Sequence record: OR529409.1
Length of the DNA: 64,000 nucleotides
Direction: 5' to 3' (one strand)
Of this stretch, positions 25,405 to 36,475 are shown piece after piece (the first letter of the stretch is position 1; every line of letters begins with the position of its first letter). The position numbers and the translations under genes are program-made. The notes under the pieces are model-generated. The model did not search any database. It was not told the origin of the DNA and saw only the letters and a list, made by a program, of their open reading frames with translations.

Positions 25405-26991
25405 GTGGAATTTAAACTCAGTTTAAAACAGAGTGGGAAAAGTCCATTTGCTGGAGTTATTGCGCAATATGGCGAAAGCATTATCGAGTTCAAAGGCAGT
25501 GGCAGATTAAATTGTGGTACGATTTACGATGATCTTTTCTTTTCTTTTAACGAATACGTCGGGCATTTAGAAGAAAAGAATAAGGCCCGTTTATGGGAAC
25601 TAATGGTTGCGGGTAAGACCATTTTGGATCCTTCTTATTTCGACATTGATAACGTCGACGAAGAACTGATGTTGAACAACCGGGATTATAATTTCCTCGT
25701 TAAGAAACTCAAGCCCATCGTCGCTGAAATCTTCGATGTGTTGAAAATGAAGAACTACGAGTACTTCATGGAACAGTCCGGGTATATCGATCCACCTAAA
25801 GATCTTACCTCGATGTCTGGTCTTGGAGAGTATCCGGCCGAGACAACTATCACCGCCGAAGATTATCGTAATCTGGCGGCGTTGGTTTTAGGTTTACGCG
25901 GTCCACTCCCCATCATCACCGAGATGATTTATAAAGTCGAGAGCATCGCTGGTAAAGCATATAAGGAAGTCGTAGCTGGAGATCTGATAAACGATATCGA
26001 GTGGGTCAAGCAACACGTCGGCTGGAATCGTTTAAACGAGTATATCTCTTTTACTTATAGTGCGAAGGGAAGGGGACCTAATGGGCTGAGAATAGATATC
26101 GTCAGTGACGATCGGTTCACTACTCATGTCGTCTATAAGGCGTTGTTCGGGCGTTTATGTTTAAGTCACGTGCCCAGCAAAGATCCACGAAAGAATTTGG
26201 TTAAATCGCTTTATTCCATCGTCAACCAATCCGACAAAGTTCCTAGTAGTGTAAGGGAAAAGAAAGGAGGGGGTAAAGACGAGAGTAATGATAGAAGGAG
26301 TTCTTACGAGATCTATCAGTTGCGAGAAGAAGTGAACGCAACCGATGAAGCGGCTGTGGCCGAGTTCTTTACTTTCGGTATGTTTGATGAAGATGACAAT
26401 CCGATTTATAAAGATCGATTCGTACATCAGTGTAACGGTTTGAACATAGCTGATCCTAACAAAGCAGAAATTCTACATGATCTTCTGCCGGATAACTGGG
26501 ATTATGAACCGAGACAGCATATCGTTAAATTGTGTCAGATGGCTTTCTCTGACGACATTCCTTTTAACATTTATTATGCGTTGGATTATCATCAATTGAT
26601 GTCGGCCATTGTTTTGGCTCAGTTAAAGCTACATCAAATGGGATATCCTCACCTCGCGGTATTGTTAACGTCAGTTGAGGATCCTGAAGGTGAGCGAATC
26701 AACGCAGACGTAATCTTCTCTTTAAACCAAACAGAACGTCAACGTATCGAATCGTTATGTGATGTAGTTAAAGGAGACGGGGCCACATCAACTAATAACG
26801 AAGCAGTATCAGCGGCACTTGAGTTCTTTAAGGAACTCGGTAACAGTGCTTGGCAGTCAACCATAGAGCTTGGTCTTATCGATGACGATAAAGCTTTAGA
26901 AAGTGCACCACGCGGTTTTTTATACGAAGTCAATTTGGATATTCAGATTAAAGAAGAGTTCATTCGTCTTTATGAAGAAATCAACAGTTAA
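25405..26991 (+). CDS. non-virion RNAP sigma-like specificity subunit (phiKZ gp68-like)
   Basis: 528 aa, GTG start with GGGAG RBS; size and position between ChmC-like and PicA-like genes (synteny inference). Confidence 0.65.
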   Translation: MEFKLSLKQSGKSPFAGVIAQYGESIIEFKGSGRLNCGTIYDDLFFSFNEYVGHLEEKNKARLWELMVAGKTILDPSYFDIDNVDEELMLNNRDYNFLVKKLKPIVAEIFDVLKMKNYEYFMEQSGYIDPPKDLTSMSGLGEYPAETTITAEDYRNLAALVLGLRGPLPIITEMIYKVESIAGKAYKEVVAGDLINDIEWVKQHVGWNRLNEYISFTYSAKGRGPNGLRIDIVSDDRFTTHVVYKALFGRLCLSHVPSKDPRKNLVKSLYSIVNQSDKVPSSVREKKGGGKDESNDRRSSYEIYQLREEVNATDEAAVAEFFTFGMFDEDDNPIYKDRFVHQCNGLNIADPNKAEILHDLLPDNWDYEPRQHIVKLCQMAFSDDIPFNIYYALDYHQLMSAIVLAQLKLHQMGYPHLAVLLTSVEDPEGERINADVIFSLNQTERQRIESLCDVVKGDGATSTNNEAVSAALEFFKELGNSAWQSTIELGLIDDDKALESAPRGFLYEVNLDIQIKEEFIRLYEEINS

Positions 26992-27024
26992 CATCCCCCA
27001 TTAATCTTTTTAGGAATAATCATC

Positions 27025-28497
27025 ATGTCTACTGAAGGCAAAATCTATCTGGTCCGTGCGCGTTTTGGTTTGGCAAACATCTATCAAAATCAGGTAAACA
27101 GAACACAGAGCATGAGCATCAACTCCCAAGATGTCGATCTGCTCAACGTTTCAAAAATTAATGGTCGGGTCAGTCAGAACACATTGCACGAAATCGGCGT
27201 GCGGACAGGTGGAGTGTCCACTCAGGCCGACGGTTACGCATTTATCGAAGATGGTTGGGATGCACCCCGTCGTGGTCTGGCGATGCTTGAATTCGAAATT
27301 GAATCAGCGATGAACGTCGAAGAAAAACTTCATATCCTCGGTTATTTAGCTGGCGGTAGTGCGTCTGTTGATGAAGGTGTTCCGGAAGACGTTATGTTTG
27401 TCCCGGTGCGTAATTGGGTGGTTAACAAAACCATGCAAATGTTACACACCGGCATGATGAAGTCCACAAGTAATTTGACAAGTGCGTCTCAGGTCCTTTT
27501 AAACAACCCGATGGCTTCAGGTGGTTCGTTCGCTATTCGTCCTCTGGATATTGTTGACGGTGCCTCAGGCATGGTCGCTGATGACGTTCAGGATCAATCG
27601 ATGAACGGCGGGATGGAATCCCAGTATGTCGGAACCAGTAACTCCATTCTTCAGCATACTGGCGCTGCTTACTCTAAAGCCAAAAACCAATCTCCGGGGG
27701 AATACGCGAAACAATTGCTCAAGTCGAGTTTACGAGCCGGGTCCTCTATGGAGACTTCTCGTGATCCGTATGGATCCATGGGTGATGCATGCATGGACCC
27801 TGGTCTGAGCGAGACGGCCCTGCATCGAGACCCGTTCTTTAAAACCATGCGTCATGCGTTAGGCATGGGTCAGATGCAAGGATTCCAAGGTTTCTCCGTG
27901 GGTCAGATCGCATACGTCTTTGAGAATCTTCCTGACGTTATGGACCTCAGTACGTGTGACGACAATCGTTTCCAGATAGAGGACCATCGACTGACGACGA
28001 ATGAACTGGGGTCGTCTAACTATAACGAAATCATCGGCAATGAGTTGAGTAGCCTGGCGCAGTATATCCTCGTTGAATCAGAGTTGGGTTATCTGGACAT
28101 CGTAGCAACTAACAATGTCCAGAATTCCGTCGATAGCATCAATGGAATGCCGGTAGGTTTCATTGTGGGGGAATCTGGGTTATTGGTTGATGGACTGGAA
28201 GGTTCTTTGGAGGAACGTGTCGAGAAAGCAAAAGAGCTCTTCTTGAGCCATTTCTTCTTGAAGTATGCTACTCCGTATCTGCATGACCGCACTTTGATCA
28301 GCTTCCGTATGACCATGCGTCTCTTCGGTGAAACCGTTATCGAGATCTTCACCAATGGTGATGAAAGCAACAAACGCCGTATTGCTTTCCCGACCTTCTC
28401 GACTAACCGTACTGACCTGACTCTGGCGTCTATGGAATCCGCGGTTAATACCGGGACGACTTTCTTCCGTAACCTGAAAGACTATTTTAACTTTTAA
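27025..28497 (+). CDS. picA: probable PicA/Imp1 nuclear protein-import factor (phiKZ gp69-like)
   Basis: 490 aa; position directly after the gp68-like gene (synteny inference). Confidence 0.6.
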   Translation: MSTEGKIYLVRARFGLANIYQNQVNRTQSMSINSQDVDLLNVSKINGRVSQNTLHEIGVRTGGVSTQADGYAFIEDGWDAPRRGLAMLEFEIESAMNVEEKLHILGYLAGGSASVDEGVPEDVMFVPVRNWVVNKTMQMLHTGMMKSTSNLTSASQVLLNNPMASGGSFAIRPLDIVDGASGMVADDVQDQSMNGGMESQYVGTSNSILQHTGAAYSKAKNQSPGEYAKQLLKSSLRAGSSMETSRDPYGSMGDACMDPGLSETALHRDPFFKTMRHALGMGQMQGFQGFSVGQIAYVFENLPDVMDLSTCDDNRFQIEDHRLTTNELGSSNYNEIIGNELSSLAQYILVESELGYLDIVATNNVQNSVDSINGMPVGFIVGESGLLVDGLEGSLEERVEKAKELFLSHFFLKYATPYLHDRTLISFRMTMRLFGETVIEIFTNGDESNKRRIAFPTFSTNRTDLTLASMESAVNTGTTFFRNLKDYFNF

Positions 28498-28512
28498 TAG
28501 GAACATTTAATA

Positions 28513-29901
28513 ATGAATAACCTGAACAAACTTTATCTGTCCATGCTGGAAGCTTGGGGTGCTAAAATGGAACCCGATTACAGCCTGGTTATGGTTCTGG
28601 ATGGAGAGAAGTACCCTATTAAGGTTGATGGAATGAATGTCTATCTTCCGGTAGACGCCGTTCTGGACGGTAACACCATGGATAAAGTTTTCTTCCATCC
28701 GGCTTGCGAAAGTATTATCAGCCGTGAAACCGAGATCTTTAAAGTCATTCGTAAACTGACCGGGATGAAACTTCTTGATACCTTTAAGAAGCTTCCCCTG
28801 GTCCTGTTCAATATTGCATCAAAACGTTCCAACAAAAACCTGCGCAGTGATCTGGTCGATATCATCGATCCGTTACGCGATGTCAAAGAAGCAACGCGTA
28901 AAGAAGTGATCAATCTGTTTGAACAAATGCGCGTCGATCTCGAAGAGAACGCAACTGTCGATAATCGTTTCATTCATTTCCAAACGACCCGTGGCGGCCG
29001 TAGTAAAGTAGGTGGGGAAAAGATTTGTTATAAAGCTAAACCCATTTTCCCTTTCTATTCGGAAATGTCTAAAAAGCTGAATCGCAGCGAAGGTCTTCCG
29101 GACAATCAATCCGTTGATGTTAACGGATGTCAGATTAGTGTGGGTGGGCTCCGAATCGCCGTGGGTATCTTTAAAGCGGTGTTCCCGGAAATCGATACAC
29201 CGGACTTCTACGAGTTCGAATATCATCATCCGGATGCCGCTCGTCTCTGCGCGTTCTCTGGGGCGTATGTCAACGTGGCGGAATCCATCAACTCTCTGCA
29301 GAACTCGTTCCGTACTGAGTTCGATAAGGTTGGAGTGTATGGGTTGGAAGTGGGCTTCTTTGAGAAGATGGATAATATCTCCGAATTCTACAAACAAGTT
29401 CCTGCCATGAACTATAACTCCCAGAATACAGTGCCGGATAGTTCATCAGGTAAATCACATTTGATCGACCAGGTGATCAACACTCAGTCGGTGATTAGCC
29501 AGAATCAGCCGCAGCAGAATCCCCAACAACATATCGGTGGTGACAGCAACAACGGTTTCCGTTCCGTTGTAGAAGCCAGCATGCAGCCTGGTGAAGTTTA
29601 TCAGGGTTGGTATTACGACCAGAACACGTCGTTCTATATCCACACAACGATGTCTACTGCCGGTCAGGTAAGCTATCGGATAACTCGCGCCGGTAACTTA
29701 CTCAGCCGAGAATATAACGGGGTACCTCAGCAGCAAGGGATGTATCCGGGATACGGTCAGTATTATCAGCAGCAGTATATGCAACCTATCGCTTACGCTA
29801 ACGTAGGTGCGCCTCAGCAACAATATGTGGTGGCGACTCCTCAGATGCAGCCGTCGGTTGTGAACACTGGTTATCAGCAGCCGTCCATTGTGACTTTCTA
29901 A
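28513..29901 (+). CDS. conserved core protein (phiKZ gp70-like) with Q/Y-rich C-terminal tail
   Basis: AGGA RBS; synteny; low-complexity tail visible. Confidence 0.65.
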   Translation: MNNLNKLYLSMLEAWGAKMEPDYSLVMVLDGEKYPIKVDGMNVYLPVDAVLDGNTMDKVFFHPACESIISRETEIFKVIRKLTGMKLLDTFKKLPLVLFNIASKRSNKNLRSDLVDIIDPLRDVKEATRKEVINLFEQMRVDLEENATVDNRFIHFQTTRGGRSKVGGEKICYKAKPIFPFYSEMSKKLNRSEGLPDNQSVDVNGCQISVGGLRIAVGIFKAVFPEIDTPDFYEFEYHHPDAARLCAFSGAYVNVAESINSLQNSFRTEFDKVGVYGLEVGFFEKMDNISEFYKQVPAMNYNSQNTVPDSSSGKSHLIDQVINTQSVISQNQPQQNPQQHIGGDSNNGFRSVVEASMQPGEVYQGWYYDQNTSFYIHTTMSTAGQVSYRITRAGNLLSREYNGVPQQQGMYPGYGQYYQQQYMQPIAYANVGAPQQQYVVATPQMQPSVVNTGYQQPSIVTF

Positions 29902-29912
29902 CTTAACCTGTG

Positions 29913-29948
29913 TAGTGAATGGGGAAATCCCCATTCACTATTTTTTTG
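29913..29948 (+). terminator. intrinsic terminator
   Basis: TAGTGAATGGGGA/TCCCCATTCACTA 13-bp stem followed by a T tract. Confidence 0.9.
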
Positions 29949-29957
29949 GGATAAAAT

Positions 29958-30308
29958 ATGCGATCTGTCGTTTTAACTAAAGATTATTTGCTTTACTGGG
30001 AAAAACAAAACCGCATTACGGTCAGAAATATTGTAAACCTCCTCAACGTTAAACCGATTTACGGAGAGCTTTTATCTGATCTTCACGCCAGAGTGGATTC
30101 AGAAAGACTAACCGTTGAATTTCGTAACGTCGTGGCGAAGTTTGAAAGATTTAAACTAACCCCCCAATTGAATATTGAAGCGGACGTTTCTTTCATGGGA
30201 AGCCTAAAAGAAAACACGCCTCCCTCCTCCGACGTGGTTTACCACGCCAGAGGATTTTTAATGGGAGACCGTTTAAATGTTGTTGCTATTGACGTTTCGT
30301 TGAAATAA
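29958..30308 (+). CDS. hypothetical protein
   Basis: ORF, GGGA RBS-like. Confidence 0.6.
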   Translation: MRSVVLTKDYLLYWEKQNRITVRNIVNLLNVKPIYGELLSDLHARVDSERLTVEFRNVVAKFERFKLTPQLNIEADVSFMGSLKENTPPSSDVVYHARGFLMGDRLNVVAIDVSLK

Positions 30309-30342
30309 ATTAAAACTACACATTGTATCTTAAGCGACTATG

Positions 30343-30666
30343 CTAACTTAACCTCTGAGTGTTGGCTTTGGAAATTAAGTTATCGACGATTTGCTGGTCG
30401 ACATAAAGAAACGTGGTCATTCCACTAACATCTTGACTTGGATCCGTGATTTTATTTAAAAAACAAGTCATCCATCTCATTTCAATGGGTATGTTGTGCG
30501 CTCTCAAAACACGACTAAAATCGTACTTGTGTGCATTAAGAAAACTTCTATCGGAGATAACCTGGGTCTTAGCCATGGAAGTTAAATAATCAATGTTGCT
30601 GCGTAATAAGACCTTGGTATCCTCGGAGAAGTAAACGTCATCAACGGTGACAAAATTACTGAACAT
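30343..30666 (-). CDS. hypothetical protein
   Basis: AAGGAG RBS on the minus strand. Confidence 0.65.
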   Translation of the reverse strand: MFSNFVTVDDVYFSEDTKVLLRSNIDYLTSMAKTQVISDRSFLNAHKYDFSRVLRAHNIPIEMRWMTCFLNKITDPSQDVSGMTTFLYVDQQIVDNLISKANTQRLS

Positions 30667-30741
30667 AAGCTAACTCCTTTAAGACCTATATCATCGCGAT
30701 GTACCACAACTTTAGGAATAACAACGATAGAGGCACGTTTC

Positions 30742-32853
30742 ATGGTAGAAAAATTTGTCTATAAGAAACCCACAAACCAGCTTAAACCAGAGTTGATGTC
30801 CATCAATATTAACTTGAACTCATTTCCCTGGTCGGTTTCATCGTCACGTCAATATATGTTGGGTGGTAACGTAGCTAAAGCAGTTTCCATACAAGGCGCG
30901 TCGACAAGGCGTAACCCCGTTGGATTCGAACCAGAATATGCTAAGTACGCTCGTAAAGTCATAGCGCCGTCAAACATGACTGTAGAGAGAACATTTTATC
31001 AGCGATCTCTACAACCCGGTAGCAATCTTGCAGATGATTGGGCGGAGATCCACGTTATCTTCTTTAATGAAGAACACCAGCTTTATGATCTCTTGACCAT
31101 TCCACGATTTAATACGCAGAATACTTACGTTGGGTTTGAGTACAAACTTAACAAGGATAACCTTCGTAAACTCAGTACAGAATCACCGACCTTTAAGAAA
31201 GGTGATGTGTTTGCGTATTCTCCAAATATCAGCGATACTGGAGAGTGGATGTTTGGTACTGAGGCGATGGTTTGTGGGATGACCGCACCTTATACCGAAG
31301 AAGACGGCATTGCTATTACTGAGAGCTTTGCTCGTAAGCTGACCAGCATCTTCCAACATTCTCGTAAGTTCTCCTGGAACGAAGCAGAGTACGTGCCGCT
31401 GAATCTTTATGGAACATTAGATTCTCCACGGCCTTTCCCTGAGAACGGAGAAAGTATTCGTAGTGACGGTATTGTCATGGGGTTCCGTAGACGTGACACT
31501 TCGAGCGCTCTGGTGGGCTTAACCAAAAAAGCACTCATGCGTCCTGATCAAACTTACGATATTCTTTTCTACGCGCCTAAAGATTGCGTTGTTAAAAATA
31601 TCTCCGTCAAGTCAGATCGTTATAAGAACGTTTCCAATAACAAACGTCAGGAGAAGATTACTCAGCCTCACACTCAGTTGCTGGAACGTTATGAGCAGCG
31701 TTCTAACCAAATGGCGTTTGAGGTCCAGGAGTGGTATTACCGGATGGATGCGAAGTTTAAAGATTCCGATCTTCCTTTCACCCATGCACTCCAAGAGTTC
31801 ATCTCTAAACAGTTAGGCGACGTCACTAAAAACTTCGCTACCGGCAAGTATAACCAGGTCAAGCGAACCCACCGCAATAAGGCGCTTTTGGATTGGAACG
31901 TCGAGATTACTTTAAAGGAAAGAGTCACTGCGCGTAAACGTTTTAAAATTACCGACACTCAAGGTGCAAAAGGCGTAATCGTTCACATTATACCCGATGC
32001 TAACGCACCGCGATACGCCGATGGACGTCGATCAGAAGTCATCATTAATAACACTCCTGCTTTTAGACGCCAGATCTTTTCGGCGTTAATAGAAGCTGGG
32101 GTTAACTTAATAGGCTTGGAGATCGAAAACAGGATCAGAGTTCTAGTTGCTCAAAACGGAGGGTATAAGAAAGCTTATCAGGAGCTCATTAAGTTTTATC
32201 GTTCTACCGCTCCGGAGTTCGCCGATATCGTTGATGCCGCTCTCCCCACGGAAGAAGAACAATTCGATCACGTTGACTTTGTGTTGAGTGATAAGATCTG
32301 CGTTCAACGTCGAAGCGACACCCAGCTGTATGGCGCCGATATTCTGAGATTGATGCGGGAAACCTATCCGGATATCAAACCTCAAAAGGCAATTTACGTT
32401 AACGAGCTCGGTCAGGAAATCACCACCATGTTCCCTGTCAGTATCAGCAGCATGTATTACATCCTGCTTGATAAGTTTGGTAACGATATGAGTTGCCAGT
32501 CATTCCCTAAGCGTAACGTGTACGGCCTGCCGTCTAAGTTGAACCATGGCGATCGTTATAGGGATTGGCACCGTGCTCAACCAGGCCGTAATATGGGTGA
32601 GGCAGAATCACGTCAGAAGAATACTCAGATGGGGGGAGAGGAAGTTGTAAGGCAGTTGGCGGCAGCTAACTCCCCTTACGTTTGTATCATGATGACGAAG
32701 CGTATTATTCGGGCTAATAACCCGTTTCGAATTAAAACCATTATTAAACCTGAAGAGTATGCGATGAGCCGATCTTTGGGAATGACGATGAATTTACTTA
32801 ACGACGCGGGTTATACTTTACGTAAGGAAAAAGACAGTGATCTTACTTCGTGA
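30742..32853 (+). CDS. non-virion RNA polymerase beta C-terminal subunit (phiKZ gp71-73-like)
   Basis: EDGIAI, KITDTQGAKGVI and YYILLDKF beta-like motifs; GEAESR; GAGG RBS. Confidence 0.85.
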   Translation: MVEKFVYKKPTNQLKPELMSININLNSFPWSVSSSRQYMLGGNVAKAVSIQGASTRRNPVGFEPEYAKYARKVIAPSNMTVERTFYQRSLQPGSNLADDWAEIHVIFFNEEHQLYDLLTIPRFNTQNTYVGFEYKLNKDNLRKLSTESPTFKKGDVFAYSPNISDTGEWMFGTEAMVCGMTAPYTEEDGIAITESFARKLTSIFQHSRKFSWNEAEYVPLNLYGTLDSPRPFPENGESIRSDGIVMGFRRRDTSSALVGLTKKALMRPDQTYDILFYAPKDCVVKNISVKSDRYKNVSNNKRQEKITQPHTQLLERYEQRSNQMAFEVQEWYYRMDAKFKDSDLPFTHALQEFISKQLGDVTKNFATGKYNQVKRTHRNKALLDWNVEITLKERVTARKRFKITDTQGAKGVIVHIIPDANAPRYADGRRSEVIINNTPAFRRQIFSALIEAGVNLIGLEIENRIRVLVAQNGGYKKAYQELIKFYRSTAPEFADIVDAALPTEEEQFDHVDFVLSDKICVQRRSDTQLYGADILRLMRETYPDIKPQKAIYVNELGQEITTMFPVSISSMYYILLDKFGNDMSCQSFPKRNVYGLPSKLNHGDRYRDWHRAQPGRNMGEAESRQKNTQMGGEEVVRQLAAANSPYVCIMMTKRIIRANNPFRIKTIIKPEEYAMSRSLGMTMNLLNDAGYTLRKEKDSDLTS

Positions 32854-34816
32854 TTATGCGAATCTGACCGAACGAGAGCTCCTGACCAAATGGTGGAAGA
32901 ATCGTGTTAAAGTTGTGGTTAAGGATGACCACGGTGAAACACTAGAAACTGATTCTTACGTGCTGATGGTGAACTGGTATGGATTATCAATTCACCGAGC
33001 CTATAACAACATCCCTTATTCCATACAAGAGGTATTCCAAGCAAAAGTTTGGAATGATAAAACAATACAGCGACCTATTAACTGGTTCCTCCAAAATCAG
33101 TTGATGCCGTTAATTGACGATCCGGTTGAAACTGATCGGATCAAGCAAATGATCTACGAGTGGCAGATCAAACTTAATAACTTCCTGCATTTCTTTGGAC
33201 AGGGCGCTGAGATATCGGCATTGGGGTACGATATACTCGACGTTATGGACCATCCTTTGATGAAGAGTATCAAGGAACGGATCCATTCTCTCGAAATAAC
33301 CATCGATGAAGGGGAGGCGGAATTTAAATCGCTTATCCTTGAGCATGAAGATTTCGATAGCAACACCTTTGCTTTACTCGCTAGGACCGGATCGGTTTCG
33401 GTCAATCAGGGCTTCCAAACCGTTATTATCAGGGGATCAGTATTTGACCTAAACAACCAGATACTCCCCAATCCTGTAGAAGCATCATTTGCAGATGGTT
33501 TGGTTAATTTGGCAGATGCTTTGGGTGAGAGTAAAGCGGCGGGTAAGAGCCTCATCAGTAACGGCCGCGCATTGGAAGATTCAGAGTGGTTCCATAGGAA
33601 ATTGCATATTGTGACTTCCGTGGTGACCGATCTGCATCATCAGACTGATTGCGGAACAACCTTCACAGTACCGATTAAAGTTCTTTCCAGGGATATGCTT
33701 TCTGCTATGAAGGGCAAGTATATCGTGGAAGAAGGTAAGTTGGTACTATTAACCGATCAAACCATTAAACGTTACCATAAGGGCGACGTTCTTAATATGA
33801 GGTCGGTTAAAGGCTGTCTTACTCATAAGCCTGGTGAGCCTTGTGGGGTGTGTTACGGTAAGATGAAGGCGTCGATACCGTATAACGTCATCATGATGAA
33901 ATCTGCGAATCCCGGAATGTATTCCGCCACGGCAATTGCAGAACGTATTGGTCAGGCTCTTCTTTCGACCAAACACTTCATGAGACACACTCAAACTATT
34001 CCGTTCTTTGTTAAGCCAACAGATGCGGATGTGATCTCCTCTGATACGAATTACATTTTCTTGAATAAAGAAATGTGTCGTAAAGGAACTAAGGTCATAT
34101 TGGATGGGTTGATCGGAAGCGAGCTTTCTGACTTCCGAAATCTGGAATCTCTGGATGAGATCAATTTCGATCAATTGCGGACATTCCCTTCTGTTGCGTT
34201 TGAATATGAAACGGAAGACCCGATGACCGAAGGTATTGCGATCACACAACGTAACATCACCACGTCTGTATCCTCTCGTAGTGCAAGGATGTCAAGAGAG
34301 TTTATCGAGTACGCCATCTCTAAAGGGTGGGAGAAAGATAAAAAGTTGATTACGGTCGATCTATCCGATTATCGTAGTGAGGATCCGTTGTTCTTCCTCC
34401 CTTATGTGCATGAGGACCTGGATCAGTATCGTCGTCAAATCGAAGGATTCGTCTCTTTCTCCAATCGTAACAACGCTTGGAAGCAAAGGGAGATAACTCC
34501 TGAGATCTTCGGGGAAGTATTAGGCGAAATGTGGAGCTTAGTAAACCGTAAGTTTGCCGGGATCAACATTATTCACTCCGAAATTATCCTTTACTCCCTG
34601 TTAACGAGGGATCCGTTTAACGGATTGTATAGGATACCTAGAGGTGACGAGCCCCAGTATTTCTCCGCTTTCACGCATTGCATTAACAATCGAGGAATAG
34701 GGACCCTGGCGATTTACCAGAAGCAAAATCAGATACTCGAATCCCCTGAGACGTATGATATTAAAGAACGTCAAGGAGGCGCCTTTGAGTGTTATCTGGC
34801 TCCAGCCGTCCTATAG
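32837..34816 (+). CDS. non-virion RNA polymerase beta' C-terminal subunit (phiKZ gp74-like)
   Basis: Bridge-helix-like region, DCGT, zinc site CLTHKPGEPCGVCYG, trigger-loop-like IGQALLSTKH. Confidence 0.85.
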   Translation: MILLRDYANLTERELLTKWWKNRVKVVVKDDHGETLETDSYVLMVNWYGLSIHRAYNNIPYSIQEVFQAKVWNDKTIQRPINWFLQNQLMPLIDDPVETDRIKQMIYEWQIKLNNFLHFFGQGAEISALGYDILDVMDHPLMKSIKERIHSLEITIDEGEAEFKSLILEHEDFDSNTFALLARTGSVSVNQGFQTVIIRGSVFDLNNQILPNPVEASFADGLVNLADALGESKAAGKSLISNGRALEDSEWFHRKLHIVTSVVTDLHHQTDCGTTFTVPIKVLSRDMLSAMKGKYIVEEGKLVLLTDQTIKRYHKGDVLNMRSVKGCLTHKPGEPCGVCYGKMKASIPYNVIMMKSANPGMYSATAIAERIGQALLSTKHFMRHTQTIPFFVKPTDADVISSDTNYIFLNKEMCRKGTKVILDGLIGSELSDFRNLESLDEINFDQLRTFPSVAFEYETEDPMTEGIAITQRNITTSVSSRSARMSREFIEYAISKGWEKDKKLITVDLSDYRSEDPLFFLPYVHEDLDQYRRQIEGFVSFSNRNNAWKQREITPEIFGEVLGEMWSLVNRKFAGINIIHSEIILYSLLTRDPFNGLYRIPRGDEPQYFSAFTHCINNRGIGTLAIYQKQNQILESPETYDIKERQGGAFECYLAPAVL

Positions 34817-34832
34817 ACAATAGGAGTTAACC

Positions 34833-36383
34833 GTGCGTAAGACGGTGGTCATTAACAAAGCGCACAATTACCTCAGAATAACGGATTATTCTGAGGAGTT
34901 TGTGAACAGAGTGATAATGCCGTTCTGTCGACGGTATCTTTATAAGTACGCCAAAAAACCTATCCCCGGAACAAGAAAAACTCAGAGTTACGTGAGTCAT
35001 GTGTTCGCTCGTATGAATAATGACAAAACGGAATTCCGTATATCCGCGGGTCTTCTAAAAGAATTCCTGAGTTTTATGGAATATTGCGGGTATGCTCCCA
35101 ACAGGGCGCTTGTACTCGATGAACCAGAAATCGTTCCGACGAGAGTACAGTTCGAATGGAATAAAGGATGGGGTGGGTATAAACCAGGGAGTGAGCAAGA
35201 ACAGAAGGAATGGTGTGATTACCAGATTGCTGACGGACCCATAAAAGTCAACAACGCCGGAACAGGTGTGGGTAAGAGCTTTTGTGCGACAAAGCTCATG
35301 GTTGACATGGGGGTTCGTGGGCTGATAACAGCATTACCTCGTTACATACCGATATGGTCCAAATGCCTGTTTCAATATTTGAAACTCTCGGTTGAAGACG
35401 TAGTCTATGTTGAATCTGGTGGGCTTGAGGAGTTAGCCGAAAACATTCAGAAGGGAATTATTAATCCTAAAATCATCATTCTCCCATTAACCAGGATTGA
35501 CTCGCACTATAAACGGATGAGAGAGGATGATACCGTTCCCGACTTAGACGAACTCTATGCTAAGATGGGGATTGGGTTGAGGATCATGGATGAAGGACAC
35601 GAATCTGTTTATCAGGTTTATATGTCCATGCTTTACGGTAATTTCTCGAAGACCCTGGCGTTGTCAGCAACTCTGAAAGCCGACGATGCTTTACAGAACC
35701 GTATCTATTCGTACATCTATCCTCAAAGCATCCGCTTGAAGGACGGAGAATCGAAGAAATACATCGATGTTTATGCTTACCATCACTGGATTGACATTAG
35801 GAAGTTCAGGATTAACCCCAGAGGATTTGGGGGGTATAACCACGTGAAGTTCGAACAAGGGATTATGAAATCGCCTTACCTGCTCGGCAGGTATTACGAA
35901 CTCTGTAAACAGGCGTTTGAAGAGTTTTATGTCAAAGACTTGTTACCCGAGCAAAAAGCCCTCTGGTTCTTTGCGACAGTGGAAATGTGTGTCAACATGT
36001 TGGAGTTCTTTAAAAGGGACTACCCGGAAATGGATTTCGGGAAATACACCAACGAGGAATCGTCTAAGGCGGATACCAAAGATAATTACCTCAAGCACCA
36101 AGTCTTGATTACCACTCCTCAGAGTTGCAGCACCGGTAAAGATATTGAGAAACTCTACGTGGCGTTTAGTCCCTATGCGGTTTCTTCTAAACAGCGTAAC
36201 GCTCAGTCATTAGGGCGTTTAAGGGAAATAACGAAATGGTGGCCCGATCTTTCTCCTAAGTACGTTTACTTCGTTTGTCAGAATGTGGACAAGCAAGTTG
36301 ACTACCATCGCAAGCGAATGGAGGAGTTCGCCAACAAAGCGAAGAGCATTACCAATATCAATAGCGGGCATTCCATTCCTTAG
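34833..36383 (+). CDS. SF2 DExH helicase (phiKZ gp75-like)
   Basis: Walker A GTGVGKS, DEGH, SAT, QSLGRLR. Confidence 0.85.
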   Translation: MRKTVVINKAHNYLRITDYSEEFVNRVIMPFCRRYLYKYAKKPIPGTRKTQSYVSHVFARMNNDKTEFRISAGLLKEFLSFMEYCGYAPNRALVLDEPEIVPTRVQFEWNKGWGGYKPGSEQEQKEWCDYQIADGPIKVNNAGTGVGKSFCATKLMVDMGVRGLITALPRYIPIWSKCLFQYLKLSVEDVVYVESGGLEELAENIQKGIINPKIIILPLTRIDSHYKRMREDDTVPDLDELYAKMGIGLRIMDEGHESVYQVYMSMLYGNFSKTLALSATLKADDALQNRIYSYIYPQSIRLKDGESKKYIDVYAYHHWIDIRKFRINPRGFGGYNHVKFEQGIMKSPYLLGRYYELCKQAFEEFYVKDLLPEQKALWFFATVEMCVNMLEFFKRDYPEMDFGKYTNEESSKADTKDNYLKHQVLITTPQSCSTGKDIEKLYVAFSPYAVSSKQRNAQSLGRLREITKWWPDLSPKYVYFVCQNVDKQVDYHRKRMEEFANKAKSITNINSGHSIP

Positions 36384-36475
36384 AATTTTTCAGTACTAAA
36401 TTATGACTAGGTCAAGAGCTGGGGGTTTCCTCAGCTCCCACCTATTATGCATTTACAAATTTAGGAGGAACGATT

